Part shown: positions 8,958-17,941 of the stretch, piece by piece | Layout of the letters: each line of letters begins with the position of its first letter | How positions within the stretch are numbered: position 1 is the first letter of the stretch | Virus record (IMG/VR): IMGVR_UViG_3300039828_000001 | Span: 1 to 58,139 of that record | Source of the DNA: a virus | Taxonomy: Duplodnaviria; Caudoviricetes | Strand: one strand, 5' to 3' | DNA length: 58,139 bases | Position numbers and translations under genes: made by a program | Notes under the pieces: model-generated | What the model was told of the DNA's origin: nothing | Databases searched by the model: none | What the model saw: the letters and a program-made list of their open reading frames with translations, nothing else

Positions 8958-9809
8958 ATGGCTTACGGAGCCCCGACCGTCGTTGACCGGCCTACGCGGA
9001 CGCAGATCCCCTACGGCCTGTTCTCGGTGGTGGACTTCCGGACGGACACCACCGGTGGCCGCTGGGAGAACGGCATCGAGTGGGATGCGCTGACGTGCTC
9101 CCCGGCTTCCGGCATCGGAGACCCGCTGTGCCTTCCGAGCGGGATGGAGACGACCTCCGCGTCCGGCCTGCCGAAGACGCCCTCGATCGACGGCGGTATC
9201 GGGGAGGCCTCGCGTTTCACCGTCTACCACCTAAACGAGTGCTCGCCGGTCGGCAACACGCCGGAGCAGGCGATGGCCGACGCCCAGACGGCGCTGCTTC
9301 TCACGGAGCAGGCGCGCGTCGAGCAGGCGCTGTGGCTGGGCGACCTCGGCAACGAGCCGAACTTCCAGCAGGCCGAAGTGCTCACGATCAGCCAGACCAA
9401 CCCGGCCTACGTGCTCGGGGCGGTCGAGCAGGCTGTCCGTGACCGGTACGGCGCGCTCGGCGTGATCCACGTCGGGCTTATCGGCGCGGCCGTGCTCCGC
9501 GAGCACGACCTCATCGAGCGCATCGGCTCGCGCTACTACACGTACGCGGGCACGCCGCTCGTCATCGGCACGGGGTACGAGGAGGTCACGGGCGGTCCGA
9601 CACTTGGCGCGGCTACTTCTGGGTCGGTGTGGATGGTCGGCTCGTCCGCGATCATCGGCTACCGCTCCGAGGTGTTTGTGTCGAGCGCGCGGCCGGGCGA
9701 CCTGCTCGACCGCGAGGTCAACACGCTCTCGGGTATCGCGGAGCGGAACTACCTGCTCGCGCTGGAGTGCGGCACGGTCGCTGCTGAGTTCGAAGCGTTG
9801 GAGGTCTGA
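8958..9809 (+). CDS. second capsid protein (pentamer type)
   Basis: Follows the major capsid gene; PYGLFS...RWENG, EQALWLG and AERNY motifs of the actinophage capsid pentamer family. Confidence 0.65.
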   Translation: MAYGAPTVVDRPTRTQIPYGLFSVVDFRTDTTGGRWENGIEWDALTCSPASGIGDPLCLPSGMETTSASGLPKTPSIDGGIGEASRFTVYHLNECSPVGNTPEQAMADAQTALLLTEQARVEQALWLGDLGNEPNFQQAEVLTISQTNPAYVLGAVEQAVRDRYGALGVIHVGLIGAAVLREHDLIERIGSRYYTYAGTPLVIGTGYEEVTGGPTLGAATSGSVWMVGSSAIIGYRSEVFVSSARPGDLLDREVNTLSGIAERNYLLALECGTVAAEFEALEV

Positions 9810-9810
9810 C

Positions 9811-10170
9811 ATGGCAGGACCGATCGTCTACGACGGCACCGGCCTTCCGCCGTCGCCGCACCGCCGCCGCCTCGCCCCACGCCTGGAGCCCGAGGTGGTC
9901 GAGCCGGTGGTGGTGCCGCTTCCCGCGCCCGCGAGCGAGCCGTTCACGGCTACGGTGGAGTTCTCCAACGTCAGCCCGGAACTGTTCGCGCTGATGACTG
10001 GCGGCGGCCCTGGGTACGAGGCTCCCCCTCAGGACACGCAGGAGGACGCTGAGCAGGCGCCCACCGAGTTCCCGGGGGAACCGGCCGACGACGACGCTTC
10101 GAGCCCTGAGAAGGGCGCGAGCGCCTCCGAGGATGCAGGAGCGGCGACCCTCGCGGCGCTGGGCCTGTAG
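9811..10170 (+). CDS. hypothetical acidic/Pro-rich protein
   Basis: GGAGG RBS; fills the gap between capsid and tail genes. Confidence 0.65.
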   Translation: MAGPIVYDGTGLPPSPHRRRLAPRLEPEVVEPVVVPLPAPASEPFTATVEFSNVSPELFALMTGGGPGYEAPPQDTQEDAEQAPTEFPGEPADDDASSPEKGASASEDAGAATLAALGL

Positions 10171-10236
10171 CCTCAACCCGAACGACAAGGTGCTGGCGGT
10201 CAGGGCCGAACCTCTCGAACGATCGAGAGATTCGCC

Positions 10237-10920
10237 ATGGCAAAGTGCTTTATCCCTATCTTCGGGCGGCGCATCCGCGTCACCCGCCTGGACGAGTGCG
10301 GCAACGTGCCGTCCGCCGAGACGCCCGACTCGTTCGTTGCGACGGACGGGTTCGTCTCGCTGTCGCTGACCTCCGAGGTGGAGGACGGCGTCGAGATTCT
10401 TCGCCGCAAGGCGGACGGCACGTTCTGCGTGAACGAGATGGGCGACACGTTCTTCAAGCGGTTCACCGTGGAGATGTCCTTCTGCGGGGTCAACCCGGAC
10501 CTGCTCTCGATGATGACGAACGCCGAGGCGTACGAGGACTACGACCTCGAAGCCGCTGGCATCGTCGTCCCCGAGGGCTCGATCAGCAAGCGGTTCGCGC
10601 TCGAACTGTGGACCGGCCTGACGAACGAGGCGTGCTCCGGCACCGAGACGGCGGGCGGCTACCTGCTGCTGCCGTTCGTGGCTGCGGGCGTGCTCGGTGA
10701 CCTCGAAGTCACCGGTGAGGACGCCATCGACTTCTCGATGACGGGCGCCTTCACCAAGGGCAGCAACAACTGGGGCGTCGGCCCGTACGACGTGCTCTCG
10801 GACGGCGGTGTCGCCTCGCCGCTGCCGTCGGCGCTCGACCCGCTCGACCACCTGCTGCTCGTGCGCACCGGAGTCGCCCCGCCGCCGTCGGCGTGCGAGG
10901 CGCAGCCGATGCCCGCGTAG
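10237..10920 (+). CDS. major tail protein
   Basis: GRRIRVTRLDECG...DGFVS...FCGVNPD...FALELW; position; followed by a terminator. Confidence 0.85.
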   Translation: MAKCFIPIFGRRIRVTRLDECGNVPSAETPDSFVATDGFVSLSLTSEVEDGVEILRRKADGTFCVNEMGDTFFKRFTVEMSFCGVNPDLLSMMTNAEAYEDYDLEAAGIVVPEGSISKRFALELWTGLTNEACSGTETAGGYLLLPFVAAGVLGDLEVTGEDAIDFSMTGAFTKGSNNWGVGPYDVLSDGGVASPLPSALDPLDHLLLVRTGVAPPPSACEAQPMPA

Positions 10921-10930
10921 CAACTCCGAC

Positions 10931-10958
10931 CCGGCTCGGCCCTTCGGGGCCGGGCCGG
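10931..10958 (+). terminator. hairpin terminator
   Basis: CCGGCTCGGCCC-TTCG-GGGCCGGGCCGG. Confidence 0.7.
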
Positions 10959-10994
10959 TCTCGTCTAGGCTGACCTCGATCGAAAGGAGCGCCC

Positions 10995-11819
10995 ATGTCG
11001 CTTCAGACCGGCCCGTGCGACTGGCCGCTGCTGTTCGCGTGCGGTGACGACGCGGCAGGGTGCGAACACCTGGACTCGCTCCCGGCGAGCGGGCGCGAAG
11101 CGTTCGAGGACATGGCCGTCGACTACCTGTGGAACTGGACCGGCCGGAAGTTCGGCCCGTGCCCGGTGACGCTGCGGCCGTGCCGCTCCGACTGCACGGC
11201 GGGGCAGAGTACGTTCTGGGGCTCGTCCGGCCGGAGCCGTCTCGGTATGCCGTGGACGCCCGTACTGATCCGGGGCGAGTGGTTCAACCTCGGTTGCGGC
11301 TTCTGCGGCGACTCGTGCTCGTGCTCGACGGTCTCTTCGCTCACGCTCCCCGGGCCGGTCTCCGGCATCGTGGAGGTCGAGGTAGACGGCGTGATCCTCG
11401 ACCCGTCGGCCTACCGCGTGGACGACGCGCGGTTCCTCGTCCGGCAGGACGGTGGCATCTGGCCGACGTGCCAGGACATGGGCCTCGCGCTGGGCGAGGT
11501 CGGCACCTGGGCGGTCACGTACGAGCGCGGCGTGCCGGTGCCGTCGGGCGGGCAGATCGCAGCCGGGCGGCTCGCGTGCGAACTCGCGCGTGCGGCGTGC
11601 GGCGACAAGACCTGTGGGCTCCCTCAGCGGGTCCAGACGATCACCCGCCAGGGCGTGACGATCGCGATGCTCGACGCCTTCGATGACGTGGACAAGGGCC
11701 ACACCGGCATCTGGCTGATCGACTCGTGGGTCGCCTCGGTCACCCGCCAGCCGCGCAGCATGACTGTGATGTCGCCGGACCGGCGCCGGACCGTGCGCGG
11801 CCGGGTCACCACGTCGTAG
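10995..11819 (+). CDS. head-to-tail adaptor
   Basis: LWNWTGRKFG.CPVTLRP and C.LPQRVQTITRQGVT...TGIWLIDSW motifs. Confidence 0.75.
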   Translation: MSLQTGPCDWPLLFACGDDAAGCEHLDSLPASGREAFEDMAVDYLWNWTGRKFGPCPVTLRPCRSDCTAGQSTFWGSSGRSRLGMPWTPVLIRGEWFNLGCGFCGDSCSCSTVSSLTLPGPVSGIVEVEVDGVILDPSAYRVDDARFLVRQDGGIWPTCQDMGLALGEVGTWAVTYERGVPVPSGGQIAAGRLACELARAACGDKTCGLPQRVQTITRQGVTIAMLDAFDDVDKGHTGIWLIDSWVASVTRQPRSMTVMSPDRRRTVRGRVTTS

Positions 11820-11914
11820 GCTGAGCCCGCGACGCCCACCCCATAGCGTCGCCAGGTTGATGTGTGCATGGTGAAGGCCCGCTCGGTCTGCCGAGCGGGC
11901 CTTCGTCGTGTCGG

Positions 11915-12478
11915 TCAGAGGCGACCGGCGCAGACCGGGCCGATGCCCGCCGCGATGCTCTCCTCGTTGGTCAGCGTCTTCGAGCACACGCAGCACGAGC
12001 CGTACAGCGCGCCCCACTCCTTCGCCTCTTCGAGCGTGAGCCGGGTCGCGGCGGACAGGCGGCGCAGCGCACCGGCCGCGTACTCGAACGACCAGTCGTA
12101 GCCTTCCTGCACGAGCACCTTCGCGTAGAGGCGACCCGAGCCGTGGACCGCGCGCTGCACCTTGTAGATCGCGCCGTCCACGCGGTGCATCCCCTCCAGG
12201 CTCTCGGTCTCGGCAGCCGGAGCCGGAGCAGCGTCGGTGGGGGCGAGCGCTCCGGGCAGGTACGGAGCCTTCAGCAGCGCCTCGATGACGTGCGACGCGC
12301 CCTGCTTCGTCGCCTCGCCGTGCGTCCACAGGTCGCGCAGCACGTCGAGGCTGGCGCGGGCAGCGGAGGAGGTGAAGGTGGCGTCGGTCCCGTTGTCGGG
12401 CGTCCACACCAGGGACAGGTCGCGCTCGGTCTTCAGACGGTTGATCAGGTTGATCTGGGCCTCGGTCACGGTGTTCAC
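11915..12478 (-). CDS. DUF6011-like Zn-binding protein
   Basis: C-terminal CCVCSKTLTNEESIAAGIGPVC; GAAGGAG RBS before GTG. Confidence 0.75.
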   Translation of the reverse strand: MNTVTEAQINLINRLKTERDLSLVWTPDNGTDATFTSSAARASLDVLRDLWTHGEATKQGASHVIEALLKAPYLPGALAPTDAAPAPAAETESLEGMHRVDGAIYKVQRAVHGSGRLYAKVLVQEGYDWSFEYAAGALRRLSAATRLTLEEAKEWGALYGSCCVCSKTLTNEESIAAGIGPVCAGRL

Positions 12479-12507
12479 GGTCGGTCTCCTTCGAGGTGGG
12501 TAAGCGG

Positions 12508-12708
12508 TCAGTTCGCGACGCGGACGGTGTAGAGCGAGCGCCCGTTGCGGCCCAGGTAGTTGTCGGCGTAGGCGTCGAGACCGCTCCACTCGGACAGGGC
12601 CTGCGCGTAGCCGTTCGCCTCCTCGTACGTGGCGAAGGCGGGGCGGTTGCTGGCGAAGTACTCGCGAACCTCGGTCTCGGAGGTGAAGGACTCGATCTTG
12701 CGGGCCAT
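12508..12708 (-). CDS. hypothetical protein
   Basis: AAGGAG RBS downstream of a minus-strand promoter motif. Confidence 0.7.
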   Translation of the reverse strand: MARKIESFTSETEVREYFASNRPAFATYEEANGYAQALSEWSGLDAYADNYLGRNGRSLYTVRVAN

Positions 12709-12731
12709 GGCCGGGCTCCTTAGTGCGTTGT

Positions 12732-12775
12732 GTGCTGACATACGTAAGCATACACGCGCCGACTGGCCCGCGCTA
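12732..12775 (-). promoter_or_regulatory. phage promoter-operator copy
   Basis: Reverse complement reads TAGCGC-N17-TATGCTTACGTATGTCAGCAC. Confidence 0.85.
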
Positions 12776-12842
12776 CTCCTGATCGGAACTGGTCCCGTAG
12801 GATCGTGCGCAGCGCCCGATCCCTCTCGGAGAGAAGACCCTG

Positions 12843-13181
12843 ATGACCGCATCGACAGCCCTGCGAACGTCCGTCGCTACCCACATCACCACGGTCGTCA
12901 CTCACATCGGCCTCGTGGACGCCGGAGGTAACGAACTCACCGGAGGCACGTACGCGCGCCTGCCCGCCGCGATGGTCGTCGCCGCGCAGATGGCTCGCCC
13001 CGCCGCGAACCTGAACTTCTCCGTTCCGGCAGGTTCGACCGTAGGCGGATGGCGCGGGTACTCGGCGCTGTCCGGAGGAACTGATTGGGGCGGGGACGAT
13101 CTAGTGCAGGAGTCGTACACCGCCGACGGCACCTACACGCTGCTCGCCGCGAGCACGGGCTACCCGGTCACGGCCATCTGA
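12843..13181 (+). CDS. virion structural protein
   Basis: ELTGGTYAR...FSVPAG motif common in small tail-associated proteins. Confidence 0.65.
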   Translation: MTASTALRTSVATHITTVVTHIGLVDAGGNELTGGTYARLPAAMVVAAQMARPAANLNFSVPAGSTVGGWRGYSALSGGTDWGGDDLVQESYTADGTYTLLAASTGYPVTAI

Positions 13182-13182
13182 G

Positions 13183-14436
13183 ATGGCCCAGCACTCGATC
13201 TGGGCCGGAGGGCCGCCGACCGCCGAGCCGACGCTGGCCGACGACAACGAGGCCATTGTCACGGGAGCGTCGTTCTACAGCCTCGCGACGGTCTGGTACT
13301 GCCGAGGCGGCGGCTGGCGCGTGCCCGCGTCGGCGGTCGGCTCGCTCCCGGCATCGGTAACGATCCGGCTGCACCTCGTCCCCCTCAACACCAATCCGAA
13401 CTTCACCGCCGCGCCGGACGCCTCGGGCGTCGCGACGGTCGCGGCTGGGTGGATCTGGGCGACGTGGACCCCGGTGCAGGTGCCCGTTGGCATGGCGATG
13501 TGGGTGTCGGTCAACGCCGGGGAGCCGTACCTCGCGACCGCAGTTGGGCTGATGGGGACGGCCCCGATTCAGGCGTCCGATGCCTCTGACCTGTACCTGT
13601 CCGAAGCGGACATCGGCGCAGGCGTGCAGCCGCGAGGGTACTTCGACTACGCCGGAGGCTCCGGCGAGGGGCAGTCGCAGTTCTGGTTCGCGACCGACGT
13701 GCTCGTCACCGACACGCCAGACACGCCGTCAGGCGGCTCGGAGGCTGAGGTCGTCATCGGCTCCGAAGGGCTCGGCACCAAGGCTGCCTCCGGCGCGAGC
13801 GAGGCGGGCGTGGTCATCGGAGCGACGGGCGCGGGCGACAACCCGGACGACGTGGAGTTGATCCCCGACCGGCTCGGCCCGCTGATGCTGGACCTGCTCG
13901 ACTGCGCCGAGAACGCGATGAACGGCGCGGGCACCCCCGTCGGCCGGGCTCATCTCGTCGCCGGGCTCGACGCCGTGTGGGACGACTGTTGCGCGGCTGA
14001 CGATGCGGCGGGCGGCGCGGGCGGCACGCTGTGGGTCCGGGTGATCGAAACGTACCCGACGGCGGGCCAGGGCTCGCCGTACCCCCAGCGAGACGTGTCG
14101 ACGCGCTCGTGCCACCCGTTCGCGTGGGCCGCGCAGTTGGCCGTCGGCGTCGTCCGGTGCACGCCGACCGTGGACGACAACGGTGTAGCACCGTCGCCCG
14201 ACGCGATCACGCTGTCCGCGCTGGAGATGACGCGCGACCGCGCCACGTTGGAGACTGCCATCCGGTGCTGCTTCGCGAACCCGGACGGCGCTCCCGAGGG
14301 CATGGAGGAGGGCAAGGTCATCCTGTTCGGGTGGGTGCCGCTCGGCGCTAACGGTGGGTGCGCGGGCGGCGAGTGGACCGTCTACGTGCTGATCCGCTCG
14401 TGCGCGTGCCCGGACGACCCGCCGCGCCGCTCATGA
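13183..14436 (+). CDS. tail terminator/completion protein fused to an N-terminal beta-rich domain
   Basis: C-terminal WDDCC...GTLWVR...GVVRC...PLGANGGC; aromatic beta-rich N-terminus. Confidence 0.6.
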   Translation: MAQHSIWAGGPPTAEPTLADDNEAIVTGASFYSLATVWYCRGGGWRVPASAVGSLPASVTIRLHLVPLNTNPNFTAAPDASGVATVAAGWIWATWTPVQVPVGMAMWVSVNAGEPYLATAVGLMGTAPIQASDASDLYLSEADIGAGVQPRGYFDYAGGSGEGQSQFWFATDVLVTDTPDTPSGGSEAEVVIGSEGLGTKAASGASEAGVVIGATGAGDNPDDVELIPDRLGPLMLDLLDCAENAMNGAGTPVGRAHLVAGLDAVWDDCCAADDAAGGAGGTLWVRVIETYPTAGQGSPYPQRDVSTRSCHPFAWAAQLAVGVVRCTPTVDDNGVAPSPDAITLSALEMTRDRATLETAIRCCFANPDGAPEGMEEGKVILFGWVPLGANGGCAGGEWTVYVLIRSCACPDDPPRRS

Positions 14437-14855
14437 CCCAACGCGTTCGCATCACCCTCAACCGGACCCAGATCAACCGGCTGCTCACCGACCCGAACGA
14501 GCCCGTCGGGCGGGCCTCCCGCCGCGCGGCCGGGCGCGCGCGCGACCTCGCGCGCCAGAACATCACCACCGACGGCCTCGTGGACACCGGACGGCTGCGA
14601 CAGTCGATCGCCGTCGAGCACCTTCGCTCGACGCCGCGCGAGACGCGCTACGAGGTTGGGTCCGATCTTGAGTACGCGATCTACCCCGAGGTTGGTACGC
14701 GCGACCACGGGCCGCGCACGGCGCGCGTGCTGCGGTTCAAGCCGAGCGGGGCGAGCGGCTTCGTCTTTGCGAAGCGCGTGCGCGGCGTCAAGGCGTACCG
14801 GTATCTCCGACGCGTGCTGACGCAGTTGAAGGTGACCGACTGGCTCGGCGGGTAG
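14433..14855 (+). CDS. HK97 gp10-like tail completion protein
   Basis: VDTGRLRQSI...EYAIYPEVGT motif. Confidence 0.75.
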   Translation: MTQRVRITLNRTQINRLLTDPNEPVGRASRRAAGRARDLARQNITTDGLVDTGRLRQSIAVEHLRSTPRETRYEVGSDLEYAIYPEVGTRDHGPRTARVLRFKPSGASGFVFAKRVRGVKAYRYLRRVLTQLKVTDWLGG

Positions 14856-14865
14856 GCTGCGACAC

Positions 14866-15177
14866 ATGGCTGCCTCAATGGAATTCACCACCGCCAAGCG
14901 CCGCGAGAAGGCGATCACCTTCAGGATCGACGGCGACGACTACGCCTTCACTCCGCCGAAGCAGGCCCCGCTTCTGCTCGACTTTCTCAGCGGGGGAACC
15001 ACGGACACGGAGCAGACGCGGGCCGCGTTCGACTGGCTCGGGGAGGGTTTGCCCGACGACCAGGAGGAGCGGTTGATCGCGCGGCTGCGCGATCCAAAGG
15101 ACGACTTCGACCTGCCGAACCTGAAGGTCATCCTCGACTGGCTGACGGAGCAGGTGGGCGGACGCCCTACTACGTGA
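14866..15177 (+). CDS. tail assembly chaperone
   Basis: Upstream of the tape measure gene; ends in RPT. Confidence 0.7.
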   Translation: MAASMEFTTAKRREKAITFRIDGDDYAFTPPKQAPLLLDFLSGGTTDTEQTRAAFDWLGEGLPDDQEERLIARLRDPKDDFDLPNLKVILDWLTEQVGGRPTT

Positions 15178-15458
15178 CGGCGAGGCTCGTCCAGATGATC
15201 GACGCGAACTTCGCGTCCTTTGACGGATGGGCCGCGTCGTCCGGGATCGACCCGATGGGGATACCAGCCGACCGGCTGTTGAACCTGGCCTATTGGTGGG
15301 CGACCCGCAACGCGGAAGACGAGAACGCGATCCGGAAGTTCGACGCTCGCCTGTGGCAGCCGCCCGTAGGCGAGGCCCCGGCACCGGGCTCGGTGTGGGA
15401 CCCCGAGATCGAGAACGCCGCACTCGGCGCGCTGGCGACGGCGCTCGGTACCGGCTGA
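15174..15458 (+). CDS. tail assembly chaperone, second ORF (-1 frame)
   Basis: Overlaps the first chaperone in the -1 frame, directly before the tape measure gene. Confidence 0.65.
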   Translation: MTARLVQMIDANFASFDGWAASSGIDPMGIPADRLLNLAYWWATRNAEDENAIRKFDARLWQPPVGEAPAPGSVWDPEIENAALGALATALGTG

Positions 15459-15604
15459 CACGCGGCAGGTAGGCTGGCCCACGAGCGGCCAGCCTGCCCG
15501 CCGTTTCGGCAGCCCAGGGAGAGCCGGGCTGGCCGCTCACTGACACGGCTCGCTGGACACATGGACCGGAGCCTCCATCGCTACGGCGAGAGGAGGGCTA
15601 CGGC

Positions 15605-17941
15605 ATGGTGAGTCTGGGCGAGGCGGTCATCGAGGTCGGGGCGGACGCCTCCGACTTCGACCGTGACCTACGACGGGAGACCCGGCGCGCCGCCAAGAAC
15701 TCCGGCGACGATGGCGACGACGCTGGCCTCCAGTTCGGTAAGGGCTTCTCCAAGGGCTCGTCTCGCGGCGTCAAGGAGTCGATCAGCAACTTCGGCCAGT
15801 TGAACTTCTCGCTGGCAAGGGTCGGCGCGGGCCTCGGCGGCGTCGTCTCTGCGATCGTTCCCGTCGGCCCCGCGCTCGGCGGCGTCGCAGCGGGCATCGT
15901 CGCCATCGCGGGCGCGGCAGCGCAGGCGTCCGGAGCAGCCGTCTCGCTCGGCGGCGTGCTCGCGAGCCTCGGCCTCGGCGCAGGCGTCAGCGTTCTCGCG
16001 TCGCGGGGGCTGGGCGATGCGTTCGAGGCCCAAGCCAAGGCCCAGGAGGAACTGTCCCGCACGGGCGTCATCTCGGCCGCCACGCAGGAAGATCTGAAGG
16101 CGGCGATGGACGGGCTGGCCCCGTCGGCAGCCGACCTCGTGACCCAGGTACAGGCGCTCGCCCCGGCGTGGTCCGCGATGCAACAAGCGGTGCAGGGCCG
16201 GTTCTTCGAGGGCGTGGGCTCGTCGCTGACGATCCTGTCGAACTCGATCCTGCCGACGCTGTCGGCTCGCCTCACCGACACGGCGGGTATCGTCAACGGC
16301 GCGATCCAGTCGTTCGCCGGGTTCGCCTCGTCCGAGGGGTTCGTGTCGCGGCTCGACGGCGTGCTGTCGACGCTCAACAACACCCTCTCGGCGCTGCTCC
16401 CCGGCCTCGGCCAGATCGGGCAGGCGCTGTTCACCGTGTTCGAGAGCGGGCTGGGCCAGTCGGAGGGCATCGCGAAGGCGTTCTCCGACATGGCGACCCG
16501 GTTCAACGAGGTCATCCAGGCCGCGAACGGGAGCGGTGCCCTCGCCACCTTTTTCGAGCAGGCCGTTGACATCGGCGGCACGTTGCTCGGGATCATCGGC
16601 AATCTCGGCTCGATCCTCGGGTCGGTGTTCGGTGCGGGCGCAGGCGTCGGAGAGACGCTGCTGTCCGTGTTCGAGCGCGTGACTGGCACGCTGGCCGACT
16701 TCCTCAACACGGCCGAGGCGCAGGCCGGACTAGCGGAGTTCTTCGACCTCGTGTCTCAGACCGGGGACACGATCGCAGGGCTCGGTGCCGTCATCGGCCC
16801 GATCTTCGACGGCGTGTTCACGGTGCTCGGGGAACTCACCCCGCACATCAACGCGCTCCGCGACGCGCTGCTCCCGCTCGCTATCACGATCGGGGAGAAC
16901 CTGGGCGTCGCGCTGGTCGGCCTAGCCCCGCTGCTCGGGCTGATCGCTGGCCTGATCGTGGACCTCGTGCGCGTGGTCGCGCCGCTCGTAGGGGTGCTGG
17001 TCAGCGCCCTCGGCCCGGCCATCGCGGAAATCGGCGCGCTGTTCATGGAGCACCTCGGCCCGTCGATCGAGAGCCTGATCCCGCTGCTCGCGCCCGTGAT
17101 CGCGTGGCTCACCGGAGTCTTCGCCGCCCAGATCGTGAACACGGTCGAGTTCATCGTAACGACGCTGGGCGGCGTGTTCCAGATCCTCGGCGGCCTGATC
17201 GACCTGCTCGCGGGCGTGTTCACGGGCGACTGGGATCGGGCGTGGACCGGGATCAAGAACATCTTCTCCGGCGTGGTCAACGTCGTCATCGGCCTCGTGA
17301 AGTACCTGTGGAACTACATCATGAACCCGTTCACGCAGGGCTCGGCACAGTTGCGCGCCCTGACGGAGCAGATCAACGCGAACCTGAAAGCATCTTTCCT
17401 CGACGGCGTTAACAGCGTCGTCGGGTTCTTCACGGCGCTGCCCGGCCGGATCGCCGCCGCCGTCGGCGGGCTCGGCTCGCTGCTCTACGATGCGGGCCGG
17501 AACGTCATCCAGGGCCTCATCAACGGCATCGCCTCGATGATCGGGCGGGTCGGGTCGGCCATGGCGAACATCGCCGGGAAGATCCGGTCGTACCTCCCGT
17601 TCAGCCCGGCGAAGGACGGGCCGCTCTCGGGCTCCGGCAACCCGGAGAACTCGGGCCAGAAGATCGTGGACATGCTCGCGTCCGGCATCGACAGCCGGGT
17701 CAACCTGCCGGAGCGCGCGATGGGCCGGGCGCTGAGCCCGCTCACGCCGACGGCCACGCGCGCTCCCGGGATCGCGGCGAGCGCGCAGCGCGCGCCGGTC
17801 GCGGCCACCGCCGCCGCCGTCGAGGTGACCCAGAACTTCTTCGGCCCGACGACGAGCGGCGGTAGGTTGCAGGAGATGGAGCACACCATTCGCTACGCGA
17901 CGCAGGCACGTACGGAGACGATCGGGGGAGTGGCGACGTGA
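15605..17941 (+). CDS. tape measure protein
   Basis: 778 aa, Ala/Gly-rich; GDWDRAW and PFSPAKDGPLSG motifs. Confidence 0.9.
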   Translation: MVSLGEAVIEVGADASDFDRDLRRETRRAAKNSGDDGDDAGLQFGKGFSKGSSRGVKESISNFGQLNFSLARVGAGLGGVVSAIVPVGPALGGVAAGIVAIAGAAAQASGAAVSLGGVLASLGLGAGVSVLASRGLGDAFEAQAKAQEELSRTGVISAATQEDLKAAMDGLAPSAADLVTQVQALAPAWSAMQQAVQGRFFEGVGSSLTILSNSILPTLSARLTDTAGIVNGAIQSFAGFASSEGFVSRLDGVLSTLNNTLSALLPGLGQIGQALFTVFESGLGQSEGIAKAFSDMATRFNEVIQAANGSGALATFFEQAVDIGGTLLGIIGNLGSILGSVFGAGAGVGETLLSVFERVTGTLADFLNTAEAQAGLAEFFDLVSQTGDTIAGLGAVIGPIFDGVFTVLGELTPHINALRDALLPLAITIGENLGVALVGLAPLLGLIAGLIVDLVRVVAPLVGVLVSALGPAIAEIGALFMEHLGPSIESLIPLLAPVIAWLTGVFAAQIVNTVEFIVTTLGGVFQILGGLIDLLAGVFTGDWDRAWTGIKNIFSGVVNVVIGLVKYLWNYIMNPFTQGSAQLRALTEQINANLKASFLDGVNSVVGFFTALPGRIAAAVGGLGSLLYDAGRNVIQGLINGIASMIGRVGSAMANIAGKIRSYLPFSPAKDGPLSGSGNPENSGQKIVDMLASGIDSRVNLPERAMGRALSPLTPTATRAPGIAASAQRAPVAATAAAVEVTQNFFGPTTSGGRLQEMEHTIRYATQARTETIGGVAT

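Noticed and set aside
6992-8959. Long antisense ORFs (for example 6992-8959, 31497-33701, 45929-47455)
   Set aside because: These are shadow frames of high-GC3 genes on the opposite strand, with Arg-rich, motif-free translations.
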